The notes under the pieces: generated by a model | Databases searched by the model: none | Told to the model about the DNA's origin: nothing | Seen by the model: only the letters and a program-made list of their open reading frames with translations | Position numbers and translations under genes: made by a program | Virus record (IMG/VR): IMGVR_UViG_3300037502_002581 | Span: 1-25,945 of that record | DNA length: 25,945 nt | Origin: a virus | Lineage: Duplodnaviria > Caudoviricetes | Strand: one strand, 5' to 3' | Shown: positions 1-8,941 of the stretch, one piece after another | Numbering within the stretch: position 1 is the stretch's first letter | Layout: each line of letters begins with the position of its first letter

Positions 1-278
1 TTCACTGCTTCCCAAAGAGCATCACAGAGTTCATTGGCTATATATTCCCTATGTTCATCATCACACCAATCATAACTATCAAAAGTTATACAAAATACCG
101 TATATCCCACACCAAATTTTCTATCATCTGAATAATCCACTGCATCATATTTTGAAGATAATATCTCTATCATTTTGCCTATTGTAATTTCATCATTTTT
201 AAATAAACTTAAATCTTCTAATTTTCTTCTAATTTCCTTCGATTCTTCATATTGTTCAACCGTTATATGTTGTTTCAT
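1..278 (-). CDS. Phage hypothetical protein, partial (runs off window)
   Basis: Translated by hand, not in ORF track: MKQHITVEQ...TIGKMIEIL...ELCDALWEAV; ATG overlaps the stop of the upstream gene. Confidence 0.75.
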   Translation of the reverse strand, partial: MKQHITVEQYEESKEIRRKLEDLSLFKNDEITIGKMIEILSSKYDAVDYSDDRKFGVGYTVFCITFDSYDWCDDEHREYIANELCDALWEAV

Positions 279-577
279 AGTTCTTCTACTACCCCCTTTG
301 ATTTTTCTAAAAGAGTTTCTATATCATAAGTAATAAATTCATCAAGTAAATAACCTTCTGATGCGTAATCATTTAAAATTCTTTCTAATAATTCTACAAT
401 TTCATATTTTATAAAATCTTTTAATGTTTTATTTTCATTCTTATATTCATCATCGGTTGCTATTTGTTGTTCATATCGTTTTAATAAATTATTAAATTGT
501 TCTATAAATATTTCACCATAACATTTACTTTCCGAATTTTGTAATTTCTTACTATCTGAATAATAATCTATACTCAT
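275..577 (-). CDS. Hypothetical protein
   Basis: 100-aa ORF, GGAGGTGG RBS, co-oriented with neighbours. Confidence 0.75.
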   Translation of the reverse strand: MSIDYYSDSKKLQNSESKCYGEIFIEQFNNLLKRYEQQIATDDEYKNENKTLKDFIKYEIVELLERILNDYASEGYLLDEFITYDIETLLEKSKGVVEEL

Positions 578-613
578 ATCTCCACCTCCACAAAGTCCTC
601 AGTTCTCGTATAT

Positions 614-883
614 TTAAATACTTAAAACTAAATCCAATGATAAAAATCCACCCACTATCCATGAATCCTCTTTATCAAATTCCAATTCTAAAATTTCATT
701 AGGTATACTATCAATTTCTTTTACTTCTAAAGAATGTATCATTTCATCAATACTTCCATGAGATTTTGATTTGTAAATTCTTATCCAATCAAACTCTTCC
801 ATTTTTACTCCTTCTGGATATATTTTATGAATTATATTAAAGTTGTCTTGTTTTAATTTTTCTATTCTATCTTTTACTTCCAT
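614..883 (-). CDS. Hypothetical protein
   Basis: ORF with AGGAGG RBS; ATG at 883 (alternative GTG at 886). Confidence 0.75.
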   Translation of the reverse strand: MEVKDRIEKLKQDNFNIIHKIYPEGVKMEEFDWIRIYKSKSHGSIDEMIHSLEVKEIDSIPNEILELEFDKEDSWIVGGFLSLDLVLSI

Positions 884-894
884 CACTCAACCTC

Positions 895-1053
895 CTAAAA
901 TGGAACAAACTTAAAATTTTTACATACTGAATCTAAAAAGTGTTTTTCTTCTTTAGTTTTTTTACATAATCCGTTATAGCTATCGTAATATTCACAATCT
1001 TGACAAGTAAATTCTTCTGCATCTTCTATCACAACTGGAATTTTAATATTCAT
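895..1053 (-). CDS. Small Cys-rich (CxxC..C..C) protein, 52 aa
   Basis: Hand translation MNIKIPVVIEDAEEFTCQDCEYYDSYNGLCKKTKEEKHFLDSVCKNFKFVPF; AGGAGG RBS. Confidence 0.7.
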   Translation of the reverse strand: MNIKIPVVIEDAEEFTCQDCEYYDSYNGLCKKTKEEKHFLDSVCKNFKFVPF

Positions 1054-1106
1054 CACTCAACCTCCTCTGCTTTTTCTATATGCTCACCTTCGGACAAAGT
1101 CTTATA

Positions 1107-1202
1107 TTAGTTACATTCTTTTAAAAAATCTTCTACAGCTTTCTCTGCATCTGATTTTTTAAATTTATATATAAATTTCATTATCATATCATAGATTTTC
1201 AT
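1107..1202 (-). CDS. Small hypothetical protein, 31 aa
   Basis: Hand translation MKIYDMIMKFIYKFKKSDAEKAVEDFLKECN; GGAGG RBS. Confidence 0.5.
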   Translation of the reverse strand: MKIYDMIMKFIYKFKKSDAEKAVEDFLKECN

Positions 1203-1224
1203 TTTCTTAACCTCCGTTAATATC

Positions 1225-1350
1225 TTATTTAACCTCTTTTGGATATATTAGTTCTTGTCCACAATAGGGGCATGGGTTCATATTATATGTCGGTTCTGCA
1301 CCACAAACATCACAATATAAAACATAATCTCCGAAATGTCTATCTATCAT
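1225..1350 (-). CDS. Small zinc-ribbon protein, 41 aa
   Basis: Hand translation MIDRHFGDYVLYCDVCGAEPTYNMNPCPYCGQELIYPKEVK (CxxC...CxxC); overlaps the upstream stop. Confidence 0.65.
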   Translation of the reverse strand: MIDRHFGDYVLYCDVCGAEPTYNMNPCPYCGQELIYPKEVK

Positions 1351-1666
1351 CTTCATATTCCTCCAATTCGAAAGGCTCTATAAGTATTGTAAAATGTGTA
1401 ACATTACTAGGAAAATTTTCATCTAATGGGCTACCACAATATGGTGATTCTTCTATTGGAAAACTCCACCACAAACAGTCCCCTATATCCTCATGCCATT
1501 CTTCTATAGGTTTTGGCTGTAACATATCTTCTAATTTCCCTAATTGTCTAATTGCCATACTATAGTCAAAGAAAGCATCATAAGTACGAAATTCTCCTAC
1601 TACTGGCTTGTGGTCTTTTAAAGTATATTCAAAACAACCTATTGTTTTTTTAGTTAACCTTTTCAT
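1340..1666 (-). CDS. Conserved-type phage hypothetical protein
   Basis: 108-aa ORF, AAGGGG RBS; LGKLED and EWHEDIGDCLWW segments resemble small early phage proteins. Confidence 0.8.
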   Translation of the reverse strand: MKRLTKKTIGCFEYTLKDHKPVVGEFRTYDAFFDYSMAIRQLGKLEDMLQPKPIEEWHEDIGDCLWWSFPIEESPYCGSPLDENFPSNVTHFTILIEPFELEEYEDDR

Positions 1667-1700
1667 TATTTATCCCCTTTCAGTATCGCTAAATACAACC

Positions 1701-2576
1701 TTAGTTCTTATCTGGATACTTATACTGACATTCTCCAGGTCCAGCAAAATAATTCATAGGCTCAATATCATGCTTCATAAACATTTTCCTGATTCCACAA
1801 TCCCTGATTGGATTCTTATTACATCCTCGGCAAAAGGTTTCAATCAAACCTTCGATAATATCGTCTCTTTCATCATCACTCTCAAATTCCCATGTCAAAG
1901 ATTTTTGCTCTTGTTCTTTTTTTGCTTGTTTATACTTTGTTGTTGAAATTAATGCCAGCTCATACTGATTAGCTTCTCTACTCATTCTATCGATTTCATC
2001 TTTTCCAACCCTTTTTATAACTTGCTCATAAAATAATGTTATTGCTTTTGAAGCTTCTTCAAGATATAATCTCTCTTTTTCTGTTATATTTTTATTTTCT
2101 TCGATAAACTGTTGCATCTTCCCACCTAATGCAACATAGGTCATAATATCTTGTCTCTCAATTTTCGATAAATATGTTTTAGCTGGAGCTTCTTTAAACT
2201 CTTTTTCAAATACCATATGCTTTTTAAGTTCTTCATCTAGCCATCTTAAAAATCTATCTTGGTTTTTCATCTTATTCATTGCTTCTTCTGCCTTAGTAGT
2301 AAATACTGTTACTCTATGCATTACTCTGCTAAATCTTTTTTCTCCATAACCCTCTCGTTTAAGAGCTATCTTGTATGCTGTTTGTCTCATAGTATCTGTT
2401 GTCGCTCCTGCTTTTATTGCCACATCATTTGCTATTTGTATTGCTTTTTTTTCAATTCTTTTGAGTTCGTCCTTTACCTTTCTTTCAAGCGTTTGATTTT
2501 TAGAAATTAATTTATCAAGATTCTTGTATTCTCTTTTCATTTGCTCGATAATCTTTTCATCAAGCTGTAACATCAC
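1701..2576 (-). CDS. Phage protein with C-terminal Cys cluster (DUF5651-like)
   Basis: C-terminal CRGC...C...C.Y; GGGGGTG RBS; family name from recall. Confidence 0.65.
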   Translation of the reverse strand: MMLQLDEKIIEQMKREYKNLDKLISKNQTLERKVKDELKRIEKKAIQIANDVAIKAGATTDTMRQTAYKIALKREGYGEKRFSRVMHRVTVFTTKAEEAMNKMKNQDRFLRWLDEELKKHMVFEKEFKEAPAKTYLSKIERQDIMTYVALGGKMQQFIEENKNITEKERLYLEEASKAITLFYEQVIKRVGKDEIDRMSREANQYELALISTTKYKQAKKEQEQKSLTWEFESDDERDDIIEGLIETFCRGCNKNPIRDCGIRKMFMKHDIEPMNYFAGPGECQYKYPDKN

Positions 2577-2805
2577 TTATCACCCCCTTTTTAATTGCAC
2601 ATGGTTTTGCCCATTGTTTAACTGTGCCATCATGTAAATATAATTCGCCCGTATTCGTGTCTAGTTTCGCTTGTATTGATTTATTTTTGCTTATGTAATA
2701 CTTTACATCTATAAGATTATTTTCTTCGCTTAAAATCGATTTATAGCCTTCGTAGTCATTTGCAACTAGCCTTATTATCGCCCGGTATGCTGTTGCAAGG
2801 TCCAA
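2560..2805 (-). CDS. Hypothetical protein
   Basis: 81-aa ORF, TTG start, AAGGGGG RBS. Confidence 0.7.
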   Translation of the reverse strand: MDLATAYRAIIRLVANDYEGYKSILSEENNLIDVKYYISKNKSIQAKLDTNTGELYLHDGTVKQWAKPCAIKKGVISDVTA

Positions 2806-2820
2806 TTTTATTTCCCCCTT

Positions 2821-3195
2821 TCATATAACTTCTTTTATCACAATTTCCATCCGTTCTTCCTTCTTATCACAAGCTATTTTTTCAACAGTAGCTTTTATTA
2901 CTTGTCTATCATCTTTGTAAGCTATTTTATTCAAACCATCCATTGCTGCTTTTAAATAGTTGTCTGCGTCTCCATCTCTCCCAAATTCGGTAGTTTTACC
3001 ATAAAGGTATACCTTAACACCTATTTCAATTTTTTTCTCGCTTACACGCTTTATTTTGCCTTTAGAAACGAATCCTATATACTCTTTATAGTTTAAATAC
3101 CTTTGTGCATTTTGTTTTACGAATTTTCCTCTTTTTGTCATTCTTACATATGGAACTGCCCTTCCTGGAACAATTATTTTTACCTCACTACTCAT
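2821..3195 (-). CDS. rusA: RusA-family Holliday junction resolvase
   Basis: DGDADNYLKAAMDGLN...YKDDRQV catalytic motif. Confidence 0.93.
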   Translation of the reverse strand: MSSEVKIIVPGRAVPYVRMTKRGKFVKQNAQRYLNYKEYIGFVSKGKIKRVSEKKIEIGVKVYLYGKTTEFGRDGDADNYLKAAMDGLNKIAYKDDRQVIKATVEKIACDKKEERMEIVIKEVI

Positions 3196-3358
3196 TCAAC
3201 CACCTCATGAATTTCACAACTAAAAATACCTGATAAACTAACAAACTTACGCTCAAGGCTAAAAGTAATTTTGCATCGCTTCTAAATATATAACCTGAAA
3301 TATACATAACCACTACCACAATTCCGCTAATTAATATCCATCTATGTGTCTTTTCCAT
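3188..3358 (-). CDS. Small two-TM membrane protein, 56 aa
   Basis: Hand translation MEKTHRWILISGIVVVVMYISGYIFRSDAKLLLALSVSLLVYQVFLVVKFMRWLNE; fills the dut-rusA gap. Confidence 0.65.
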   Translation of the reverse strand: MEKTHRWILISGIVVVVMYISGYIFRSDAKLLLALSVSLLVYQVFLVVKFMRWLNE

Positions 3359-3793
3359 CTACTCTACCCCCGTAGAGCCGAATCCATTTTGGCCTCTGTC
3401 TGTTTGCTTTAGCTCATCTACTACTTCAATTTCTGGTAGTTCAACCTTTTGTATTACTAACTGACATATGCGTTCATAAGGTCTAACCACAAAAGGCTTA
3501 TATGAAAAATTGAAAAGTTTAATTCCTATTTCTCCACGATATTCACTATCAATCGTTCCTAAGAGTGAAACTATATCGTATTTCACCCCTAGTCCTGACC
3601 TAGGCCTTACCTGTGCTTCATACCCTATAGGAAGTTCTATAGCAACTCCTGAAGGTATTAAATCACTACTCCCATGTGGTGGAATTACTATGCGATTATC
3701 TAGCCGTGCCCTTAAATCAAATCCGCTATCACTTTTACGTTTTTTATATGGCATGCATTTCTCATCAAACAATTTAATTTTTATCTTTTTCAT
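3359..3793 (-). CDS. dut: Trimeric dUTPase
   Basis: Motifs SGFDL, RPRSG, GTIDSEYRGE, RICQLV, RGQNGFGSTG. Confidence 0.97.
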   Translation of the reverse strand: MKKIKIKLFDEKCMPYKKRKSDSGFDLRARLDNRIVIPPHGSSDLIPSGVAIELPIGYEAQVRPRSGLGVKYDIVSLLGTIDSEYRGEIGIKLFNFSYKPFVVRPYERICQLVIQKVELPEIEVVDELKQTDRGQNGFGSTGVE

Positions 3794-3808
3794 TATGCTT
3801 GTCCTCCT

Positions 3809-4396
3809 TTAGCATATTCCCTGTGCTTTCAATTTCTTTTTGATAATTTTTTTGTCTTTGTTCATGTGCATTGTTATCGTGTTTCTTGTAACTCCTAGTA
3901 TTTTAGCTATTTCTTTTTGTTCTAACCCTTTCAACCAAAGTTGCCATATTTTTTTGTGTCTATCGTTCAAGTTCTCAATCATGGACCATATTTGTTTCGC
4001 TAAATCTTTATCGACTATATCCTCGACAAAATCTTTTTCAGATCTAATCTTGTCCTCTATTTTCAAACCATCCGTACCGGGAATTTCACTATCTATGCTC
4101 ATTAGATATCTTACTTTGTTACTTTGGGCTTTGAACACTAGCGTTTGGTCTCTGTGATACCTAGAAAGTTTGAAATATATTTGTTGCTTTGCATAATGTG
4201 GAAATGATACACCTATACTAACGTTATATTTCCTATAAGCTTCTAATAGTGCTTCAGATGCCAATTGATACATATCTTCATAACCATATTTATTGTATTT
4301 GTGTGCGTATTTTTTGAGTAGTGGTTGAAACTTTCTATATATTTCTTCAAAGCTATGCTGATTATATGTATTATTATTAATCATCAGAGTTTTCAT
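3809..4396 (-). CDS. Sigma-70 family RNA polymerase sigma factor (regions 2 and 4)
   Basis: EDMYQLASEALLEAYRKY...SFPHYA (region 2); QKEIAKILGVTRNTI (region 4 HTH). Confidence 0.88.
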   Translation of the reverse strand: MKTLMINNNTYNQHSFEEIYRKFQPLLKKYAHKYNKYGYEDMYQLASEALLEAYRKYNVSIGVSFPHYAKQQIYFKLSRYHRDQTLVFKAQSNKVRYLMSIDSEIPGTDGLKIEDKIRSEKDFVEDIVDKDLAKQIWSMIENLNDRHKKIWQLWLKGLEQKEIAKILGVTRNTITMHMNKDKKIIKKKLKAQGIC

Positions 4397-4550
4397 TTCC
4401 CAAACTCACCCACTTTCTAAACATTTCTGATATTTGATTTTTCAAATATTGCCTTTTCTTTGCTTCTTCATTAACATATGCCTTCCAATCCTCGCCTTTG
4501 CAATACATTTCAACTGCTCTATCTAAAATCAGATTTGTATTCTTATCCAT
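4377..4550 (-). CDS. Possible small hypothetical protein, 57 aa
   Basis: Open frame MDKNTNLILDRAVEMYCKG... filling the gap; weak RBS. Confidence 0.45.
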   Translation of the reverse strand: MDKNTNLILDRAVEMYCKGEDWKAYVNEEAKKRQYLKNQISEMFRKWVSLGNENSDD

Positions 4551-5076
4551 TGAGTATCATTCCTTTAAATTGCTGCAGTTCATTAATTATATTATCTACT
4601 TCTGACTTTTCTACCTTAATTGATTGGTTACCTTTTATGATTGTTATTTGGTCGTTTTGTATACGATACTTGAACACCTTACCTTGCACATCCATTGTCT
4701 CTACAGTAAAATGAATTTCTTTGGTCTCATTTTTTTTCTTGTTTTGCACTCTTGAAATTAACATTCCTACCGCTCTAGGATCTGTATTATACTTCTTAAT
4801 TATTTCATCCTTATTCAGTCCTTTTTTGAGTTCTTCTTCAACTATTTTCATGTTAATTTTCATTTCTTCATTTCCCCCTTCTTTTCTTTGTACGCCTTTT
4901 CTCCAGTTAAAGTGATGTAATGCCATACCTACATTTTTCTTGTCTTGTTTGTTTGTAGGATATTTTTTCTCCAGCTCTGCTGGGTCCATTTTGTATGTAA
5001 TAACTTCACCTGGTTTGCGTTGCTTTGCCAATTCTTCTTCTTTGTGAATATTCCTAATTTCAAAATCTCCATACAT
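4543..5076 (-). CDS. Hypothetical protein
   Basis: 177-aa ORF; TAATG coupling to the upstream gene. Confidence 0.7.
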   Translation of the reverse strand: MYGDFEIRNIHKEEELAKQRKPGEVITYKMDPAELEKKYPTNKQDKKNVGMALHHFNWRKGVQRKEGGNEEMKINMKIVEEELKKGLNKDEIIKKYNTDPRAVGMLISRVQNKKKNETKEIHFTVETMDVQGKVFKYRIQNDQITIIKGNQSIKVEKSEVDNIINELQQFKGMILNG

Positions 5077-5192
5077 TACTCATCACCCTCGTAATAGCAA
5101 TCATATTCATCAAATCTGCTTGCTATAAGAAGGGCCATAGTAAATGCTCCAATCGTTCCACCAGATATAAAACCAACTATAAATCCAAACAT
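5076..5192 (-). CDS. Small membrane peptide (DUF3789-like), 38 aa
   Basis: Hand translation MFGFIVGFISGGTIGAFTMALLIASRFDEYDCYYEGDE; AAGGGGG RBS. Confidence 0.7.
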   Translation of the reverse strand: MFGFIVGFISGGTIGAFTMALLIASRFDEYDCYYEGDE

Positions 5193-5195
5193 TAA

Positions 5196-5411
5196 TTATT
5201 CCCCCTTACTCTTATAAAATTTTTGTTTCTCTAGCTCTATCTCATGATGTAGGTATGCTAATTCTTCGTGCAGCTTGTCCTTAATCCGTCTTGCTTTTTC
5301 AATGTCCTCTGTGCTTCCGATAGCTTCCTGAATAGCAAGTTCATTTTGAGCTGCTTGAAATTCTCTTACTTTGAATTTTTCTTTTAAAATCAATTCGTAA
5401 AGTTTTTTCAT
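5196..5411 (-). CDS. Coiled-coil hypothetical protein
   Basis: Start re-assigned to ATG at 5411 (MKKLYE) behind an AAGGGGG RBS. Confidence 0.7.
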   Translation of the reverse strand: MKKLYELILKEKFKVREFQAAQNELAIQEAIGSTEDIEKARRIKDKLHEELAYLHHEIELEKQKFYKSKGE

Positions 5412-5415
5412 TTTT

Positions 5416-5550
5416 TTAGTCCCCCTTTGCAATTAAAACTAAATCTATAGCGGTTTTAAGTATTGCTTTTGTACTTTCATCATATTCCTTAGCCTTCAAA
5501 CTTCTAAGCACGTCCAAAACTTCATCATACATATCATTATTAGTTATCAT
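5416..5550 (-). CDS. Small hypothetical protein, 44 aa
   Basis: Hand translation MITNNDMYDEVLDVLRSLKAKEYDESTKAILKTAIDLVLIAKGD; GGAGGG RBS. Confidence 0.55.
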   Translation of the reverse strand: MITNNDMYDEVLDVLRSLKAKEYDESTKAILKTAIDLVLIAKGD

Positions 5551-5758
5551 CGAATCCCTCCAATATTTCTTTATTGGTAGGTTTATATCCGTTTCTTCTA
5601 ATTTCTCCTATCAATAGATTTAGCTGTTTTAATATTTTTAAAAATTCACCATAATATTTGTTTATTTCTGCTTCAGTTCTTGATGGATCATCTATCCATT
5701 TAACTGCTCTATAATACCTTCTAAGCACCTTATTGTATTTAATTTTTAATTCTTTCAT
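5540..5758 (-). CDS. Phage hypothetical protein
   Basis: 72-aa ORF, AGGAGG RBS. Confidence 0.8.
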   Translation of the reverse strand: MKELKIKYNKVLRRYYRAVKWIDDPSRTEAEINKYYGEFLKILKQLNLLIGEIRRNGYKPTNKEILEGFDDN

Positions 5759-5769
5759 GCTTTAACCTC

Positions 5770-7647
5770 CTATTCATCATCCCAAGGAGCTTTTTCTTCT
5801 ACTTCAAAGAAGTCCAATTTTTTATTAAGTTTAGTCCAGCCATATTCTTTGTTAGGGTTATCTGATTCACCATAAAATCTTTTGCTTTTTATTTCAAAAT
5901 ATACACCTACTGATTTGTCCTGATAGCCTAAAGGTCTATTTTTAAACAAATCTATATAGCAATCAAATATCTCAATTCCTTCTTCCTGTGCTTGTTCAAA
6001 TTCTTTTCTAGTTGTTCTGTGAATTGCTATAACATAATGGGCAAGATTTGTAATATCTCCACTCCCTGCTACGTCTAGCTTTGTAAGTCTTTGTATTGTT
6101 TGTGTTTTTCTAGGATGAGCTACTAAATGCACTACTGCATTGAATTTTCTTGCAAATCTGATAAGCTCTTTTACGAAATCCTTTTGTTTTGAGTATTTTT
6201 CAAATTCGCTGCATTCAAGGTCAATCATCATAAGATTATCTAATATAAAATTCTTAACTCCATGCTTTCTTGCAAGTTCTTCCATTTTTTTCAAAATGCT
6301 TGAAGCTCTATAGTCTAAATCATTGTCATAAACAAATATATTGCCTTTATACCACTCTCGCATAACTTCTTTTATTTCTCTTGGCACTCTATGGGTTTTT
6401 GGAGCATTAGGACCGTTGTCTATTTCCTCTACATATTCGGGTCCTGCCATTGGATACTCTATCCATGACCTTAATTGTTGCTTTGTAAGTTCGCCGCTGA
6501 ATATAAATGTTTTATAACCTTGTTCCAAAGGCTCGCATACACAAACTTGATTTATGAATGTTGATTTGCCCGACCCATTTATTCCTGTAATCACATTAAC
6601 TGTTCCTAAAAAGAATCCATATATCCATTTGTCTAGCCCGTTTATACCTGATTTAATTTTTTCAGCTCTGTTTATGTCCAAATCTTCAATGTCTGCCATG
6701 TCTATAACGTCGGTTATCGGAACTTCTTTTGCATTTTCTATTGCTTTATATACGCTTTCAGGACCTTCTTTGTATAGATGAATATTAATATCTTTGTATC
6801 TGCTTACTACGTATTTGCAACGCCATTCCCCAAGCCTTGGCACCACTTCTTTTCTCATTTTTTCGCCAGCTTCATCGTTATCAGACCAAATAATTATTTC
6901 ATCAAATTGTTCTAGCCAATCCCAGTTATACTCTATCCAGTGATAATTATTGGCTCCAAAAGGTACTGATACAACATTTTTCCATCCTGATTCAATTACT
7001 GCTAATCTATCTATTTCACCTTCGCATATTAAAAGTGGTTTGCTTGTATTAACCTTGTCCATACCATAAAGGATTGGAACTGTATCGGCGTTCTTTTGGC
7101 ACCATGTCTTGTTATCGCTTTTTTTAAGTTTCCTTGCGGGTCTATATTTAACTAATAAAAGCTGCCCATATTGGTCTCTATACTCAAATACAATGTTGCC
7201 TTTGCTATCTTCCTTAACCCCTGCATAATCTATTGTTGCCTTACTAATTCCTCTTAGTTTTAAGTATTTTTCTATTTTACTTATAGATTTGTTTTCCTCG
7301 GCAATTGGGTATCTATATTCTTTTTTTCTATTGCTTGCTATTTCTGTTTCAAAATCATAAACTTCTCCAACTTCATTAAATAATCTTTCAACTGCTTCTA
7401 TAAAGTTAAGTCCTTCATGTTCTGTGTAATAATCTATAATGTCATAAGTCCTGCCGCATCCAAAACATTTAAAACTGTGTGCTTTTTTATTCCATATAAA
7501 GCTTGGTGTATCTTCGCTATGAAATGGACATAAACCTTTTAATTGTCTTCCATTCCATTTTTGTATATTTAATCCACTTGCTATTATCTCTGCAGCTCTT
7601 GGTCCTAAACTTGCTTTTGCTTTTTCTATTAAGTTTTTATTGATCAA
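5770..7647 (-). CDS. Bifunctional primase-helicase (CHC2 Zn finger + TOPRIM + SF4 helicase; T7 gp4/Twinkle-like architecture)
   Basis: CPFH..D.PSF...CFGCG; ICEGEID and WSDNDEAG (TOPRIM); GINGSGKST Walker A, LDNL, HPRK. Confidence 0.93.
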   Translation of the reverse strand: MINKNLIEKAKASLGPRAAEIIASGLNIQKWNGRQLKGLCPFHSEDTPSFIWNKKAHSFKCFGCGRTYDIIDYYTEHEGLNFIEAVERLFNEVGEVYDFETEIASNRKKEYRYPIAEENKSISKIEKYLKLRGISKATIDYAGVKEDSKGNIVFEYRDQYGQLLLVKYRPARKLKKSDNKTWCQKNADTVPILYGMDKVNTSKPLLICEGEIDRLAVIESGWKNVVSVPFGANNYHWIEYNWDWLEQFDEIIIWSDNDEAGEKMRKEVVPRLGEWRCKYVVSRYKDINIHLYKEGPESVYKAIENAKEVPITDVIDMADIEDLDINRAEKIKSGINGLDKWIYGFFLGTVNVITGINGSGKSTFINQVCVCEPLEQGYKTFIFSGELTKQQLRSWIEYPMAGPEYVEEIDNGPNAPKTHRVPREIKEVMREWYKGNIFVYDNDLDYRASSILKKMEELARKHGVKNFILDNLMMIDLECSEFEKYSKQKDFVKELIRFARKFNAVVHLVAHPRKTQTIQRLTKLDVAGSGDITNLAHYVIAIHRTTRKEFEQAQEEGIEIFDCYIDLFKNRPLGYQDKSVGVYFEIKSKRFYGESDNPNKEYGWTKLNKKLDFFEVEEKAPWDDE

Positions 7648-7659
7648 CTTATCACCCCT

Positions 7660-8403
7660 CTAACTGCTGTCAACTTGGTAAAGGCTTTTAAGTTTTGAAT
7701 TTAATGACTTTCCTTTTTTAAGATTCCTTCCCCATTTAACATAATTTTTAAAAGAAGTATTTATTTGACTCCTTGGATTATCTTTAGCTTTTAAAGGTTT
7801 ATCTTGTTTATACATGGCCCAATCTTTTATAGATTCAATTAAATCTAATTCAGGATATCTTTCTTTTAATCGCTTATACATATCCAAATCTTTTTTTCTG
7901 TCTAAAGGATAGTTTTGTATCGTTTCTAAAACTTTTAAAAATTGTGCTTCCTCTGGATTAATGATAATAATATTATTTATTTCTTTATTTTCATTATTAT
8001 CATTATTGTTTATGTCTTTCTGTTGTCCTTCTGTTGTTCTTACACTTGTACTCTCTGTTGTACCTTTTGTTGTTTTATTGTCTTGGTAAGCATTGTAATT
8101 TACTACCTCTAAAACAGTTTTTCTCTTGTCCTTTTTTACTTTTAGCATTTGTTCCTTTTCTAAGGTATTTAAAAAATTCCTTACTTTATTTCTAGACCAT
8201 CCCCAACGTTCAGCTAATTGCAATTCTGATGTAATTCTTTGTCCTCTTTTAACCTCATATACCGAATCTCTAAAATATGCTTTACCATCTTCGTGATTAA
8301 CCATCATAATTATATCTATCCAAGCTTGCCCTTTAGAAAATGGTTTATCGTCCCATAGCCAATGTTTTTGTATTTTTCTATGCAAACTAATCCAACCTTC
8401 CAA
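7660..8403 (-). CDS. Phage replication initiator (replisome organiser-type)
   Basis: N-terminal GWISLHRKI..HWLW, wHTH LAERWGWSRNKV..FL..LE, T/N-rich linker containing DNA repeats; directly upstream of the helicase. Confidence 0.85.
   Translation of the reverse strand: MEGWISLHRKIQKHWLWDDKPFSKGQAWIDIIMMVNHEDGKAYFRDSVYEVKRGQRITSELQLAERWGWSRNKVRNFLNTLEKEQMLKVKKDKRKTVLEVVNYNAYQDNKTTKGTTESTSVRTTEGQQKDINNNDNNENKEINNIIIINPEEAQFLKVLETIQNYPLDRKKDLDMYKRLKERYPELDLIESIKDWAMYKQDKPLKAKDNPRSQINTSFKNYVKWGRNLKKGKSLNSKLKSLYQVDSS
8019..8073. repeat. Iteron-like repeats; putative replication origin inside the initiator gene
   Basis: TCTGTTGT at 8019, 8030 and 8054, TTTGTTGT at 8066, degenerate copy near 8042; 11-12 bp period next to an AT-rich stretch. 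Confidence 0.6.
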
Positions 8404-8414
8404 ACTATCACCGC

Positions 8415-8555
8415 CTAGTGGCTAAAAAATTGAATAATAAATATCAAAATTGTCAATGCTAAAATTAGGGAAAATATTGCTGACTTTCGTCTACGTTTTT
8501 GGATACGGAGGGGAGCTTGTCCCCTCTCTAACCGAATTAAATCAGGCCGATACAT
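8415..8555 (-). CDS. Small basic/TM peptide, 46 aa
   Basis: Hand translation MYRPDLIRLERGQAPLRIQKRRRKSAIFSLILALTILIFIIQFFSH; AGGTGA RBS. Confidence 0.55.
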   Translation of the reverse strand: MYRPDLIRLERGQAPLRIQKRRRKSAIFSLILALTILIFIIQFFSH

Positions 8556-8564
8556 ATTAATCAC

Positions 8565-8930
8565 CTACTCATGCAAAATATTTGAATTTTGATATTCAGC
8601 TTTAAGCCAGTTTAAAATTGATTGACCTACTGATATGCGTTCATGTATCGAATTTATGTTATATTTGCATGCGTCATATAAAGCTTCTTGTTTATCTCTT
8701 TCTAGCTTTAGAAGTGCAATTTCTTCATCGCCTCTGGCTAAGTCGTTTATAAGTGTAACTGGATAGCTTTCTTGTCTTAGAATTAGAATTTTTTTAGCAA
8801 GTTTGGTTCTGTATTTATGTTCTGCTTCTGCTTTTTTTATGCTAGTTTCATATAACTCTTTGTTTGCCTGGGCAAGCTCTCTGCCTAGGTTTTTTAGGTT
8901 TTCAATGATACTTTGTGGGTTAAGTTTCAT
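8565..8930 (-). CDS. Helical phage protein in the recombination module (possible recombination mediator)
   Basis: All-helical 121-aa ORF after the exonuclease; function inferred from position only. Confidence 0.6.
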   Translation of the reverse strand: MKLNPQSIIENLKNLGRELAQANKELYETSIKKAEAEHKYRTKLAKKILILRQESYPVTLINDLARGDEEIALLKLERDKQEALYDACKYNINSIHERISVGQSILNWLKAEYQNSNILHE

Positions 8931-8941
8931 ATAATCACCCT

